Assembly: GCA_964412585.1 (NCBI GenBank)
Contig: CAYPPJ010000001.1
Span: forward strand, 17,995 to 81,994
Direction of reading: 5' to 3'
Source of the DNA: an uncultured Candidatus Saccharibacteria bacterium
Lineage (GTDB): Bacteria; Patescibacteriota; Minisyncoccia; Phycocordibacterales; PALSA-1337
Length of the DNA stretch: 64,000 bases
The position numbers and the translations under genes were made by a program. Under the pieces are notes generated by a model that saw nothing but the letters and a program-made list of their open reading frames with translations, was not told where the DNA came from and ran no database searches. Position 1 is the first letter of the stretch; the number at the start of each line of letters is the position of its first letter. Positions 1 to 9,740 of this stretch are shown one piece after another.

Positions 1-741
1 GCCCAAGTAAAAGGAGGTGATCAGCGATTTGTCTATGAGATTGCCAATACGACAGATATGGGTGCAAGTCTGCCAAAAATTCCTGCTGGATTTACCTTCA
101 AGCTGAGCATGAACGATGCGAGCGAAACGGTTTCAATCAACGGGCTTATAGGTAAGTCGTACATGTATCCATTGTTGGCCGCTGCGGCAGTAGGTATGGC
201 AAAAAATGTTTCAGTTTCTACAATTATTCGAGGTTTGAACAAGTACGATGCGCCAAAGGGTCGTATGAACATTATTCAGGGCCGCGACAATAGTACTCTC
301 ATTGATGATACATACAATTCATCACCCGATGCGGTAATGTCGGCGTTGGCTACTCTCAAAGAGCTTGAGTGTTCTGGTTCAAAAATAGTCGCACTTGGCG
401 ACATGATGGAGCTTGGACAGTATTCAGCCGAAGAGCATCGCAAGGTAGGAAGGGAGGTTCTTGGTGTCGCGGATGTATTGATTACCGTTGGTCAGCGTTC
501 GCGAGCGACAGCGGATGAAGCTATAAAGACTGGATTTAATGCAGAGTGTGTCCATTCATTTGATACTTCGGTTGAGGCGGGGGAGTTTCTTGAGAAAATG
601 GTGAAGCCGTTTGATATCATTTTGGTGAAGGGATCACAATCTATCCGCATGGAGCGCATCGTCAAGATGTTGATGAAAGACTCATCAAAAGCGGAGTCCC
701 TTCTTGTGCGTCAGGAGAAAGAGTGGCTTGATAAAAAGTAA
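1..741 (+). CDS. murF: UDP-N-acetylmuramoyl-tripeptide--D-Ala-D-Ala ligase, C-terminal part (5' end outside window)
   Basis: Frame open from base 1; Mur ligase C-domain motifs GRM, IDDTYNSSP, LGDMMELG...H, LVKGS. Confidence 0.9.
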   Translation, partial: AQVKGGDQRFVYEIANTTDMGASLPKIPAGFTFKLSMNDASETVSINGLIGKSYMYPLLAAAAVGMAKNVSVSTIIRGLNKYDAPKGRMNIIQGRDNSTLIDDTYNSSPDAVMSALATLKELECSGSKIVALGDMMELGQYSAEEHRKVGREVLGVADVLITVGQRSRATADEAIKTGFNAECVHSFDTSVEAGEFLEKMVKPFDIILVKGSQSIRMERIVKMLMKDSSKAESLLVRQEKEWLDKK

Positions 742-780
742 AAAACAGGTTACAGTTTCTTCGCAATGAAATGCACACAT

Positions 781-852
781 GGCCCTATCGTCTAACGGTT
801 AGGACATTGCCTTCTCAAGGCAGTAATCGGGGTTCGATTCCCCGTAGGGCTA
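781..852 (+). tRNA. tRNA-Glu (anticodon CTC), CCA not encoded
   Basis: Acceptor GGCCCTA/TAGGGCT, D-loop TAACGGTTA, anticodon arm TTGCC-TTCTCAA-GGCAG, T-arm CGGGG-TTCGATT-CCCCG. Confidence 0.95.
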
Positions 853-853
853 C

Positions 854-1471
854 ATGAAAATAGTTCGCGCGGTACCAGTAATTGAGGTTAAACGTTGTTA
901 CGTTATTTCCAATTTAGCTCGACCACGTAAGTCCGTTCACAAGTCGCCATCTGCTTATGTGCGCGACTTTCATCACGTCCTTGCTCAAGCAAAGAAAAAG
1001 GTGCTTGCATATGATGAACGACAGGTGGATCAGGTGGTTGCGGCATTTTGGAAAAAAAGGTTGAAAGCATACAATGCTATGGATTGGTTTATAGCCGACA
1101 TTTCACCTCATGAGGTTGGACTGTGGCGACGTGCAGGGGATTTGCCACTCGCTTGGACGAATCGCACCTTGGCTGACACTGTCGACCGTGTCAAAGCTTC
1201 ATTAACATCAAAGAGATCGCATTTTAGTACACAAAAAATTCGAGCTGGTCGCGTGGTACAGAGTCTTTTAGGTACCCAAGTCAATGAACTTCAGCACGAA
1301 AAATATCTCTTTCCGATTGCCTTTAAGGGTGGCACAGGCACCAAACCTCGACGATATCTACGATTCAAAACTGCGTATGATATAGATGATGGTTGTATGC
1401 GCTCGCTTGCATTAGCATTGAATGGCGCCTCGAAAATTAGAATGTACCTCGGCCTTCCAAAGAAAAAATAA
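854..1471 (+). CDS. Hypothetical basic protein with a ParB/sulfiredoxin-like motif
   Basis: 205-aa ORF; YDIDDGCMRSLAL resembles the hhDGxxRxxA motif of ParB/Srx-fold domains. Confidence 0.55.
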   Translation: MKIVRAVPVIEVKRCYVISNLARPRKSVHKSPSAYVRDFHHVLAQAKKKVLAYDERQVDQVVAAFWKKRLKAYNAMDWFIADISPHEVGLWRRAGDLPLAWTNRTLADTVDRVKASLTSKRSHFSTQKIRAGRVVQSLLGTQVNELQHEKYLFPIAFKGGTGTKPRRYLRFKTAYDIDDGCMRSLALALNGASKIRMYLGLPKKK

Positions 1472-1538
1472 TGCACCAAATCCCTTGGTTTACTCGTATA
1501 CCTCATCAGCGTATACTGTACGCATAATCATTTTTCCT

Positions 1539-1955
1539 ATGTCAAAAAAATACATCTCAGTCATCATTTTCGTCATTGTCGCGCTCGCTATTGCCGTTAT
1601 TATTGCTGCACTCGTGCCTTCTGCGACTACAAATCCGGCCACAACAGGTATTTCTGCGGGTGTTGAGACTACAAATCCAAATACTCCTGCCACAGCCGGT
1701 ACGCCGACCACTGGGGCAAAAACATACACACGTGCTGATGTAGCCAAGCATAACGTGCAGACAGATTGTTGGACCACTGTTAATGGTGGGGTATACGACG
1801 TGACTACGTGGATCAAACAGCACCCAGGTGGTGCACAAGCGATCATTGGCCTCTGCGGCATCGACGGGTCTGACGCCTTCAATGGTCAACATGGTGGTGA
1901 GCGCCGTCCTGCGAGCGAGCTTGCCTTATTCAAGATTGGAGATCTTGCAAAATAA
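1539..1955 (+). CDS. Membrane-anchored cytochrome b5-like heme-binding protein
   Basis: N-terminal TM helix, T/P-rich linker, YTxxDVAKHN..DCW..VNGGVYDVT.W...HPGG...FNGQH. Confidence 0.88.
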   Translation: MSKKYISVIIFVIVALAIAVIIAALVPSATTNPATTGISAGVETTNPNTPATAGTPTTGAKTYTRADVAKHNVQTDCWTTVNGGVYDVTTWIKQHPGGAQAIIGLCGIDGSDAFNGQHGGERRPASELALFKIGDLAK

Positions 1956-1999
1956 TGTATAACTCTCTTATCCAGTCAATACTAACCCTCACCAAACAC

Positions 2000-2443
2000 A
2001 TGACCCCTAAAATTACCCTGAAAGAGGTTGCTCCCATTGTTGTACGCATTGCTATGTCACTCGTATTCCTTTGGTTTGGATCACAGCAGCTGATGAATAC
2101 CTCCGCATGGCTCAGTTTTGTACCTGATGTTGCTCTGAGCATATCAGGATTGAGTGCGGTCGCACTTGTTCACTTCAACGGCGCATTTGAGATTGTCTTT
2201 GGCCTCTGTCTTCTTGGTGGTTTCTTCACTCGAACTTCCGCGCTGCTTCTCGGTCTGCATCTCTTGAGTATTAGCCTGAGCCTTGGTGCCAGCGCTATCG
2301 CAATACGAGACTACGGCCTCGCATTGGCAACCTTGTCGGTTTTTCTGTACGGTATGGACCGCCTCTGTCTCGATACACGTTTTTACAGTAAGAAACTATC
2401 AACATCTACTCCACCTCTGTCTCGATACACGTTTTTACAGTAA
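2000..2443 (+). CDS. DoxX family membrane protein (C-terminus altered by tandem duplication; alternative start 1955)
   Basis: RIAMSLVFLWFG, GAFEIVFGLCLLGGFFTR, RDYGL; four hydrophobic segments. Confidence 0.8.
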   Translation: MTPKITLKEVAPIVVRIAMSLVFLWFGSQQLMNTSAWLSFVPDVALSISGLSAVALVHFNGAFEIVFGLCLLGGFFTRTSALLLGLHLLSISLSLGASAIAIRDYGLALATLSVFLYGMDRLCLDTRFYSKKLSTSTPPLSRYTFLQ

Positions 2444-2465
2444 GAAACTATCAACATCTACTCCA
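2362..2465 (+). repeat. Exact 52-bp tandem duplication
   Basis: cctctgtctcgatacacgtttttacagtaagaaactatcaacatctactcca at 2362-2413 and 2414-2465. Confidence 0.97.
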
Positions 2466-2569
2466 CAGACGCCACCAGTTAGGTAAAAAGATGGATCTGT
2501 GCTACAGTGATGCCACGAGAGAGCGCGTCGGGTTTTTTCGCAATACTAGTCTAATTTCAATTCAATCAC

Positions 2570-2767
2570 ATGCAAGGTAAAATCAAGACCCTCACTGAGA
2601 AAGGATTCGGTTTCATTGCTCGCGAAGGCGAAGCAAAGGACCTCTTCTTCCACTCAAACGACGTGGTCGGCACTACTTTCAACGAACTCCAGGTTGGAGA
2701 CATGGTCTCTTTCGAAGTTGTTGATGGTCAGAAGGGCCCAAGCGCAAAGAATGTTAAGCGTGTATAA
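2570..2767 (+). CDS. cspA: Cold-shock protein
   Basis: RNP1 KGFGFI, RNP2 LFFH, C-terminal KGPSAKNV. Confidence 0.93.
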   Translation: MQGKIKTLTEKGFGFIAREGEAKDLFFHSNDVVGTTFNELQVGDMVSFEVVDGQKGPSAKNVKRV

Positions 2768-2793
2768 TACAACGTATAATACGCACTAACGTA

Positions 2794-2823
2794 CAAAAGA
2801 CACCCTTAACGGGTGTTTTTTGT
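2794..2823 (+). terminator. Intrinsic terminator after cold-shock gene
   Basis: aaaagacaccc-ttaac-gggtgtttttt. Confidence 0.8.
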
Positions 2824-2856
2824 TATTTGGTCGTATTTTTGCTAGAGTGTAGCGAC

Positions 2857-5058
2857 ATGAACCAGAAATTCCTCAAGCCCTATAACCCCGCCGAAACCGA
2901 AGACCGTATCTACAAGCTCTGGGAAGAGAGCGGTTTTTTCAATCCAGACACCTGTATAAAGGCCGGAGTTACCAAAAAGGACGCCAAACCTTTTACTATC
3001 ATCATGCCGCCAACAAATGCCAACGGCTCACTGCACGCTGGACATGGTCTGGTGATGACTATCGAAGACATTATGACGCGCTACAAGCGCATGCGCGGGC
3101 ACAAGACCTTGTGGCTTCCAGGTCTTGATCATGCGGGATTTGAAACCCAGGTCGTGTATGAAAAAAAGTTGGAAAAAGAGGGGAGGACTCGTTTTGATAT
3201 TGAGCCAAAAAAGCTCTATGAAGAGATTCTTGATTTTACCCTGACCAATTCTTCACATATCAAGTCACAGGTTAGGAAAATGGGAGCATCTTGTGATTGG
3301 TCACGTGAGAAGTTCACTCTTGACCCATCAGTTGTTAAGACTGTTTACAATACGTTCAAGAAACTTTCGGATGACGACCTGCTCTACCGCGGCAAACGCA
3401 TAGTGAGCTGGTGTTCGAAGCATCAGACTGCTTTTTCTGATCTTGAAATCAAGGACGAAGAACGTGTCGAAGAATTTTATTATCTCAAATACGGACCATT
3501 TACCATCGGTACCTCACGTCCCGAGACAAAGTTCGGCGACAAGTATGTGGTTATGCATCCTGATGACAAGCGTTATGCTCAGTACAAGGAGGGTCAGAAA
3601 ATAGACCTTGAATGGATCAATGGTCCCATCACTGCAACCATCATCAAGGATGCGGCTATTGATATGGAATTTGGTACAGGCGTCATGACTATTACACCTT
3701 GGCATGATCCAGTTGATTTTGACATTGCAGAGCGCCATAAGCTGGATAAGGAGCAGGTTATCGATGACAACGGCAAGCTATTGCCGATAGCGGGCGAATT
3801 TGCAGGGCAACATATCAAGAAGGCACGACCGCTCATCATTGAAAAACTCCAGTCAAAAGGGTTGGTTGAAAAAATCGACAAGAATTATAAGCACGTTGTT
3901 CGTACTTGTTATAAGTGTGGAACTCTTATTGAACCTCAAATTCGCAACCAGTGGTTCGTTCGTATGAAGCCATTGGCAGAAAAGGCGCTTGAAAAGATTA
4001 AGTCAAAAGAAATTGCCTACACTCCTGATCACTACGAAAAAATAACCACGCACTGGCTCGAAAATATCATTGACTGGAATATTTCTCGCCAAATAGTCTG
4101 GGGTATTCCGATACCTGCAAAGTTGTGTACGAACCCGGCTTGTGGAAAGGGGTTTGTTGATCTCGAGGATAAACTGACGACCTGTGAGTCCTGCGGCGGA
4201 AAACTGGTCAAAGATACTGATACCTTCGATACCTGGTTCTCGTCATCCCAGTGGCCTTTTGCGACACTCAATTATCCTGATGGCATTGATTTCAAAAATT
4301 ATTATCCAACCGATGTTATGGAAACGGCTGGGGAAATCATTTTCTTCTGGGTTTCTCGCATGATCATGCTTGGACTATATGTAACAGGGAAGATTCCATT
4401 CAAAACTGTCTATCTGCACGGCCTTGTTCTTGATGCCAAGGGTCAAAAAATGAGTAAAAGTAAGGGAAATGTGATTGATCCACTTACATTGACGTCTAAA
4501 TTTGGCACAGACGCTTTCCGCATGGGTCTGGTTGTTGGAAATACTCCCGGAACCTCACTTGCACTTTCTGAAGATAAGGTTTCTGGCTACAAAAAATTCG
4601 TTAATAAGATTTGGAACATCACCCGCTTCATCATTTCTACGGCAGAAGGCGAAAGAGGGAAACCAATCGAGGGTCAGGCTGAAGTAAAAGCCGTTCCGGT
4701 TGTATATGATCCTGATTTCAAGGACTGGTCCGCATCGGATATCGCTCATACCGAGCGTGTTCAAGAATTGGTTGCCGAAGTTACCAAAGAAATGGACACC
4801 TTCAAGTTCTATATTGCCGCTGAAAAGATCTATCATTACGCATGGCATGAGTTTGCCGATATTATCCTTGAGGAAAGTAAACCGATAATTTCCGGAGCCA
4901 ATGTCGCTGCAGCAACTTCCCGCATCCAATTCTTGCTCCATACACTCAAGACCATCCTCAAGCTTCTCCACCCATTTATGCCGTTTGTGACCGAAGAAAT
5001 CTGGGCGGATGCTGGTTTTGGTACACGTCTTCTCATGGTTGAAGAGTGGCCTAAATAA
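2857..5058 (+). CDS. valS: Valine--tRNA ligase (lacks C-terminal coiled-coil arm)
   Basis: PPTNANGSLHAGH, PGLDHAG, DWNISRQIVWG, DTWFSS, KMSKSKGN, LLHPFMPFVTEEIW. Confidence 0.96.
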   Translation: MNQKFLKPYNPAETEDRIYKLWEESGFFNPDTCIKAGVTKKDAKPFTIIMPPTNANGSLHAGHGLVMTIEDIMTRYKRMRGHKTLWLPGLDHAGFETQVVYEKKLEKEGRTRFDIEPKKLYEEILDFTLTNSSHIKSQVRKMGASCDWSREKFTLDPSVVKTVYNTFKKLSDDDLLYRGKRIVSWCSKHQTAFSDLEIKDEERVEEFYYLKYGPFTIGTSRPETKFGDKYVVMHPDDKRYAQYKEGQKIDLEWINGPITATIIKDAAIDMEFGTGVMTITPWHDPVDFDIAERHKLDKEQVIDDNGKLLPIAGEFAGQHIKKARPLIIEKLQSKGLVEKIDKNYKHVVRTCYKCGTLIEPQIRNQWFVRMKPLAEKALEKIKSKEIAYTPDHYEKITTHWLENIIDWNISRQIVWGIPIPAKLCTNPACGKGFVDLEDKLTTCESCGGKLVKDTDTFDTWFSSSQWPFATLNYPDGIDFKNYYPTDVMETAGEIIFFWVSRMIMLGLYVTGKIPFKTVYLHGLVLDAKGQKMSKSKGNVIDPLTLTSKFGTDAFRMGLVVGNTPGTSLALSEDKVSGYKKFVNKIWNITRFIISTAEGERGKPIEGQAEVKAVPVVYDPDFKDWSASDIAHTERVQELVAEVTKEMDTFKFYIAAEKIYHYAWHEFADIILEESKPIISGANVAAATSRIQFLLHTLKTILKLLHPFMPFVTEEIWADAGFGTRLLMVEEWPK

Positions 5059-5132
5059 GACAGCCCACGGGTTGGGGTCATACGACCCCGGCTCCTGAAT
5101 TGTGTCCTTATCGGCACAATTCAGGGTTGTCC
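5059..5132. repeat. Branched palindromic intergenic element
   Basis: ggggtc-atac-gacccc and cctgaattgtg...cacaattcagg hairpins, flanked by gacagccc/gggttgtc. Confidence 0.55.
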
Positions 5133-5199
5133 CCATATTTCCTCGTACCACGCTTGATTGTAGTGTAAAATAATGGGGTAATAACCCACCTTCTTTTAT

Positions 5200-6441
5200 A
5201 TGAAAAAAATCATACTCATTGCAGTGCTCTCACTCGTATTTGCTGGAGGATTCCAGGCAGTCAAAGCGAATGCGGCTCTCAACCTTTCTGGGTGGGCATG
5301 GACATCAACCATGGGCTGGTTGAGTTTCAATTCTTCAAACACCGGATCTGGAGCAAATTATGCAGTGAGTGCGGCTACCTCAACATTATCTCCGAATATC
5401 GCCTCATTGAGTGGATATGCGTGGGGTGCGGTAGATGACAATGGCAAACCGAGTGGTATTGGTTGGGTCAGTTTTAGTTCATCAAATACAGGGTGTCCAA
5501 CCACGGAGGCTTTATTCGATACACCTGCATCACAAGGAGGTGGTGCGAGTGGGGCTGAATTGCCAAGTGGAGTTTCGAATATTTGTACACCACGCGTTGA
5601 TTTGAGCACAGGAAAAGTTAGTGGATGGGCACGTGTCCTCAATATGGCAGCAGAAGATGCTACGGCTGGCTGGCTGCATCTTTCAGGTACCAATCATCAA
5701 ACGGGTGCAGGAGGAGTTTCGTACAATAAAAATACTGGAGCATTTTCAGGAAAAGCATGGGAGCCAAGCGCGATTGGGTGGCTCGATTTTGCAGCAAATA
5801 CATCAGTTCCGTATCCGCCAGTCGTTATTTGTGTCACTGGAACTCCTGGCTGTCCACCAGTAGGGGGTGGTACCTGTTCGATTGGTACTATTACGACTTC
5901 GGGCAATGATGTGATGATTCCGGTTCATTTTCCAACAAGCGGTTCGACCTGGTATATCTTGAACAGGGACGGTGTCGAAGTTGATCGTGGAAGATCTGAT
6001 GATGTGTTTACTGATCCAGGACTTGCACTCGTACCGGGGACATATACGTATCAAATAGTGTATAAGGGCCCACCGATTTCTGCGTGTGGCAATCCTGTTG
6101 TGTATACAGTTAATGGCCAACCACCGGTTGGAGGGCCTTTACAGCTCTATATCGGACCAAGTGTTTCTAGTGCCAATCAATCGTCATATACTACTCACCG
6201 AAATAGTCCGTTCACTTTGAAGTGGAGAAATGATTTGTTGGCTGATGGTTATTCATGTACTCCTTCGAGTTCAGGCTCATGGGGCGGTTGGGGTAGTGAT
6301 GCATCAGGAAATGCCGCCCTAAATTCAGGGGCAGTGAATCCAGGTACTTATTCATTTACAATTAGTTGTAACAAGGCTGCAAGTTTTATAAATGCGTCAG
6401 CCAATCTTATAGTTACGAGCTCGAGCCTTGAGGAGATATAA
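5200..6441 (+). CDS. Secreted/surface protein with four SGxAW...GW repeats and C-terminal Ig/FN3-like region
   Basis: Signal peptide MKKIILIAVLSLVFAGG; LSGWAW..GWLSF, LSGYAW..GWVSF, VSGWAR..GWLHL, FSGKAW..GWLDF; G/S/T/Cys rich. Confidence 0.75.
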   Translation: MKKIILIAVLSLVFAGGFQAVKANAALNLSGWAWTSTMGWLSFNSSNTGSGANYAVSAATSTLSPNIASLSGYAWGAVDDNGKPSGIGWVSFSSSNTGCPTTEALFDTPASQGGGASGAELPSGVSNICTPRVDLSTGKVSGWARVLNMAAEDATAGWLHLSGTNHQTGAGGVSYNKNTGAFSGKAWEPSAIGWLDFAANTSVPYPPVVICVTGTPGCPPVGGGTCSIGTITTSGNDVMIPVHFPTSGSTWYILNRDGVEVDRGRSDDVFTDPGLALVPGTYTYQIVYKGPPISACGNPVVYTVNGQPPVGGPLQLYIGPSVSSANQSSYTTHRNSPFTLKWRNDLLADGYSCTPSSSGSWGGWGSDASGNAALNSGAVNPGTYSFTISCNKAASFINASANLIVTSSSLEEI

Positions 6442-6499
6442 TTTGTAGAGAATATAGGTAAATAAAATCCCCGCTTGGTCTTGCGACGGCGGGGTGCTT

Positions 6500-7423
6500 C
6501 TACCACAGAATAGTTCGAAAGTATTGCTGAGGCAGTGATTTATTTGAATCGAGTGGGACAACAATCATGTTTGTCCCCAATGAAGATGGAAAGTTGGCAA
6601 CTGTCTGCCATGTAGAAAAGTTGGTGCTGGATTGTAGCCCGACATCTGCACCCTTTGGGATAGAGATGCTCAAACTACCTTTCGTTGCAGTCAACTTTTT
6701 TCCCACGAGTCGTTCACCGAATTGGGTATAGTGGTTCGTCATGGCTGCGTTACCAATGCGGAACCGTGCACGAGCTCCTCCAATAGAGTACCACTCGTTT
6801 AAGATCAGTTTGCCGAGCGCTGTAGGTTCAGGTGGGTACGGGTTTGGTGGTACGAGGTTTTGGCGCGAAACACCACCACTCGGAGTCCACGTGTAGTTGT
6901 ACGTTCGACCTTCGTTGATGGTCACCTCGACCTCAAAGAAGTTGATGTTTGGAAGTGGCACAACAGCCTGCACAAATTCTGGCTCGATTTTCCAAAATGA
7001 ATTGGATGTTACCAGGCTTGCCAGACCAAGATTCGTCACGCCACTAAAGCCTACAGCTCCGAAGGTGATGTAAATAAGTTTCGCCTCAACCTTCAGGGTA
7101 CTTGACGGACTCATGGTTGACCGATACGTGTTGTACAGAGCGTTAGCGTTTGTTACCACTACTTGCTTGTACGCAGTATAAGAGGTGAAACGAAGGCCAT
7201 CGAGCGGGGAAGAGATTCCCCGATTCGTAAGCTGGTTGGCTGTGTTGGTGAATGAGATTACTACCGCAATCGTTGAATTCTGATTCGTCGACTGCCATTC
7301 CAACATCTGCTGTCTGCTACCAATTGGTAATTCGGTCGGAAGACCAAACCCATCAGTCGCCCTCGTGTTAACAACACAAAAGGCGAGTGCGACCACGAGA
7401 GCCGCGAGGAGACGATTTTTCAT
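6500..7423 (-). CDS. Secreted hypothetical protein with Verrucomicrobia-like C-terminal module
   Basis: Signal peptide MKNRLLAALVVALAFC; TN-rich; ends LQSSTNFSTWQTV...QYFRTILW. Confidence 0.7.
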   Translation of the reverse strand: MKNRLLAALVVALAFCVVNTRATDGFGLPTELPIGSRQQMLEWQSTNQNSTIAVVISFTNTANQLTNRGISSPLDGLRFTSYTAYKQVVVTNANALYNTYRSTMSPSSTLKVEAKLIYITFGAVGFSGVTNLGLASLVTSNSFWKIEPEFVQAVVPLPNINFFEVEVTINEGRTYNYTWTPSGGVSRQNLVPPNPYPPEPTALGKLILNEWYSIGGARARFRIGNAAMTNHYTQFGERLVGKKLTATKGSLSISIPKGADVGLQSSTNFSTWQTVANFPSSLGTNMIVVPLDSNKSLPQQYFRTILW

Positions 7424-7633
7424 ACCGCCCTTTCTTTGTTGTCTTCCCGAAGGAAGGGTTATTGGAGACACTCATATCCAAACGGCCCGAAGGGTCGCTG
7501 GACTGCTTCATACTCGATGTCAAAGGACACGACGAGCATTACTGCGAGCTGGCTGCATAATAGCACATCTGACAAGGAAAGTAAATGACTTGTCAAGAGG
7601 ATTCTCTGTGGAAAAAATATGAGAAGTACGGCT

Positions 7634-8113
7634 CTATTTCAATCCCTTCTTTGCATGTTCAAGTGATTCTTGCTCTTCATCTGAGAGTTCATAGTCAGAA
7701 GAATGTTCTTTAATGGGCTTTGAAAAGACACTTACATGATCACGAGAGTAGAGGCTGGAAATAATAACACCGTCACCTTCTTCGTTGATAAGGGTTGTTG
7801 CAAAGCTCTGATTGCCACCACCTCCAGTGCCCTTGAACGGATTGAAACGGACAGTGTGAACAGACTGAACGCTCTTTCGTAACCGTTTTTCAACGCCTGC
7901 AAGGTAGGTTTCCATCTCCGTGCGAAAAGTTTGCAGTTCATCAAGATTGCCGGAGACATGTGTGAGTGACTCGCTGATGTTGTGTGCATCTAGGCCGACA
8001 ATAAAACGGCGCATCTTGATATACATCCAAATAACAAGACCAAGTAAAATAAGCGTAGCAATAGCTAAAATAATAAAACCGAGAAGAAGGGGGTTGGCGA
8101 GAAGTGATTGCAT
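7634..8113 (-). CDS. DUF4446 family protein
   Basis: N-terminal TM, coiled coil, VRFNPF..GG.QSF..L...GDG.IISSLYSR...SKPI...LS.EE. Confidence 0.8.
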   Translation of the reverse strand: MQSLLANPLLLGFIILAIATLILLGLVIWMYIKMRRFIVGLDAHNISESLTHVSGNLDELQTFRTEMETYLAGVEKRLRKSVQSVHTVRFNPFKGTGGGGNQSFATTLINEEGDGVIISSLYSRDHVSVFSKPIKEHSSDYELSDEEQESLEHAKKGLK

Positions 8114-8220
8114 GAGTGAAGTGTACAGCTAAAAAAGGAATGTGCAAAGCTGTGAATAAATGCCACGAGTAGATGGTTGATTGCTCATGCTAAGTATTGT
8201 ACTGTTTGTATTGAATTGAT

Positions 8221-8442
8221 ATGAATGCACCTTTTGTACATCCATCTGTTTGGGTAAATCGGGTCAGAAAGTCTTCATGCATCGTTGCTGGGCAACGGCG
8301 ATTTGTTCACTTGCCACATCTGTGGAAAGTCTGGAATACCGACACGGGAAGCCAGAGTGCTCACAATCTTGATCAGATATATTTTCTTGGACATGACCAC
8401 GTGTCTAGTTGGTGGATTCCTGATCAACACTGTACAGCATGA
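8221..8442 (+). CDS. Small hypothetical protein
   Basis: 73-aa ATG ORF preceded by a TTGATT-17-TACTGT promoter-like sequence and followed by a gcgccc/gggcgc hairpin with T-tract. Confidence 0.4.
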   Translation: MNAPFVHPSVWVNRVRKSSCIVAGQRRFVHLPHLWKVWNTDTGSQSAHNLDQIYFLGHDHVSSWWIPDQHCTA

Positions 8443-8516
8443 ACGTATTGGTGATGCTGTGGCGCCCGCCTTGGGCGCATTTTTGTATCTGCTTTGAGAT
8501 GTGCTACATTCTAGGT

Positions 8517-9689
8517 ATGTTTACGAAACGAATCCATCTAGATTATGCATCCCTGACTCCTGTCGATCCGCGGGTTATTCGCGAAATGACAGCGTTTTCG
8601 GCCGATTCGTATGCCAATCCATCCTCTGTGTACAAAGAAGGTGTAGCTGCAAAAAATGCACTCGCACAAATGCGAAAGAAGGTTGCAGACACTATCCATG
8701 CGCATGCAGATGAGATTGTCTTCACGAGCGGGGGTACTGAATCGAATGTCTTGGCACTCCAAGGAGTCATCGATACGGCCCGGAAGAATGGTGTTACAAA
8801 ACCCCACATCATTATTTCTGCTATAGAACATTCTTCTATTATAGAGACAGCACTGCAGATTGAGTTATCTGGCTGTGAGGTGACACGAATCTCTGTTGAT
8901 GCTCGGGGCATCATCAAACTAGATGAACTTAAGAAAGCGATTACGCCGAATACTGTCCTCATTTCGGTTATGACAGTCAATAATGAGATTGGTTCAATAC
9001 AGCCGATAAAGGAGATTGCACATCTGGTACGCAAAGCGCGTGCATCGCGCGTCGAATCTAATCCCGCACAACCATATCCTATTTTTCATACCGATGCGGC
9101 GCAGGGTTTTTTGTATCAGGAATTGTTTGTCGAAAAGCTTGGTATTGATCTCATGACGTTGGATGGTGGAAAAGTATACGGTCCACGGGGTATTGGGTGT
9201 TTATTTGTCCGAAGGGGAATAGTTCTTTCGCCGATTATTGTCGGCGGAGGACAAGAGAATGGCATACGATCTGGTACCGAGAATCTTCCCGCAATCGCCG
9301 GATTTGCACGTGCACTTGAGATTGCGTCACATGAGCGAGCTAAAGAATCGATGCGTATCTCAGAGATTCGAGCACTATGTGTCGAGGGGCTTCATCGCGT
9401 ACACAGTTCCATTGTTGTCACAGGCTCGAATGATGAGGCACAATCGCCGCATATCTTGAATATATCTATTCCAGGTATAGATAATGAGTTCTTTCTATTC
9501 CAGCTTGATGCGCATGGCATAGCCTGCTCGACCAAAAGTTCCTGTCTTCGTGATGAAGATGAGTCATATGTACTCAAGGCGGTAGGCGCAAATAGTAAAA
9601 CCTCCCTCAGGTTCTCTTTCGGTCGCTGGACGAAGAAGGGTGACATCAAGACCATGATACGAGCTACTCGAGACCTTTTGAGCCATTAA
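8517..9689 (+). CDS. iscS: Cysteine desulfurase (IscS/NifS family)
   Basis: HLDYASLTP, FTSGGTESN, IEHSS, VNNEIG, HTDAAQ, PLP Lys in GGKVYGP, RSGTEN, catalytic Cys in STKSSC. Confidence 0.9.
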   Translation: MFTKRIHLDYASLTPVDPRVIREMTAFSADSYANPSSVYKEGVAAKNALAQMRKKVADTIHAHADEIVFTSGGTESNVLALQGVIDTARKNGVTKPHIIISAIEHSSIIETALQIELSGCEVTRISVDARGIIKLDELKKAITPNTVLISVMTVNNEIGSIQPIKEIAHLVRKARASRVESNPAQPYPIFHTDAAQGFLYQELFVEKLGIDLMTLDGGKVYGPRGIGCLFVRRGIVLSPIIVGGGQENGIRSGTENLPAIAGFARALEIASHERAKESMRISEIRALCVEGLHRVHSSIVVTGSNDEAQSPHILNISIPGIDNEFFLFQLDAHGIACSTKSSCLRDEDESYVLKAVGANSKTSLRFSFGRWTKKGDIKTMIRATRDLLSH

Positions 9690-9740
9690 ATAAGCCTCGG
9701 AGTTGCGTAAATTACTGTATTCTGTTAGTATTTCACCCAC

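Noticed and set aside
2362-2465. CRISPR array
   Set aside because: Two abutting copies with no spacer and no cas genes.
8285-8497. 70-aa ORF with CxxC
   Set aside because: TTG start, runs through a terminator-like hairpin and overlaps the better-supported 8221-8442 ORF.
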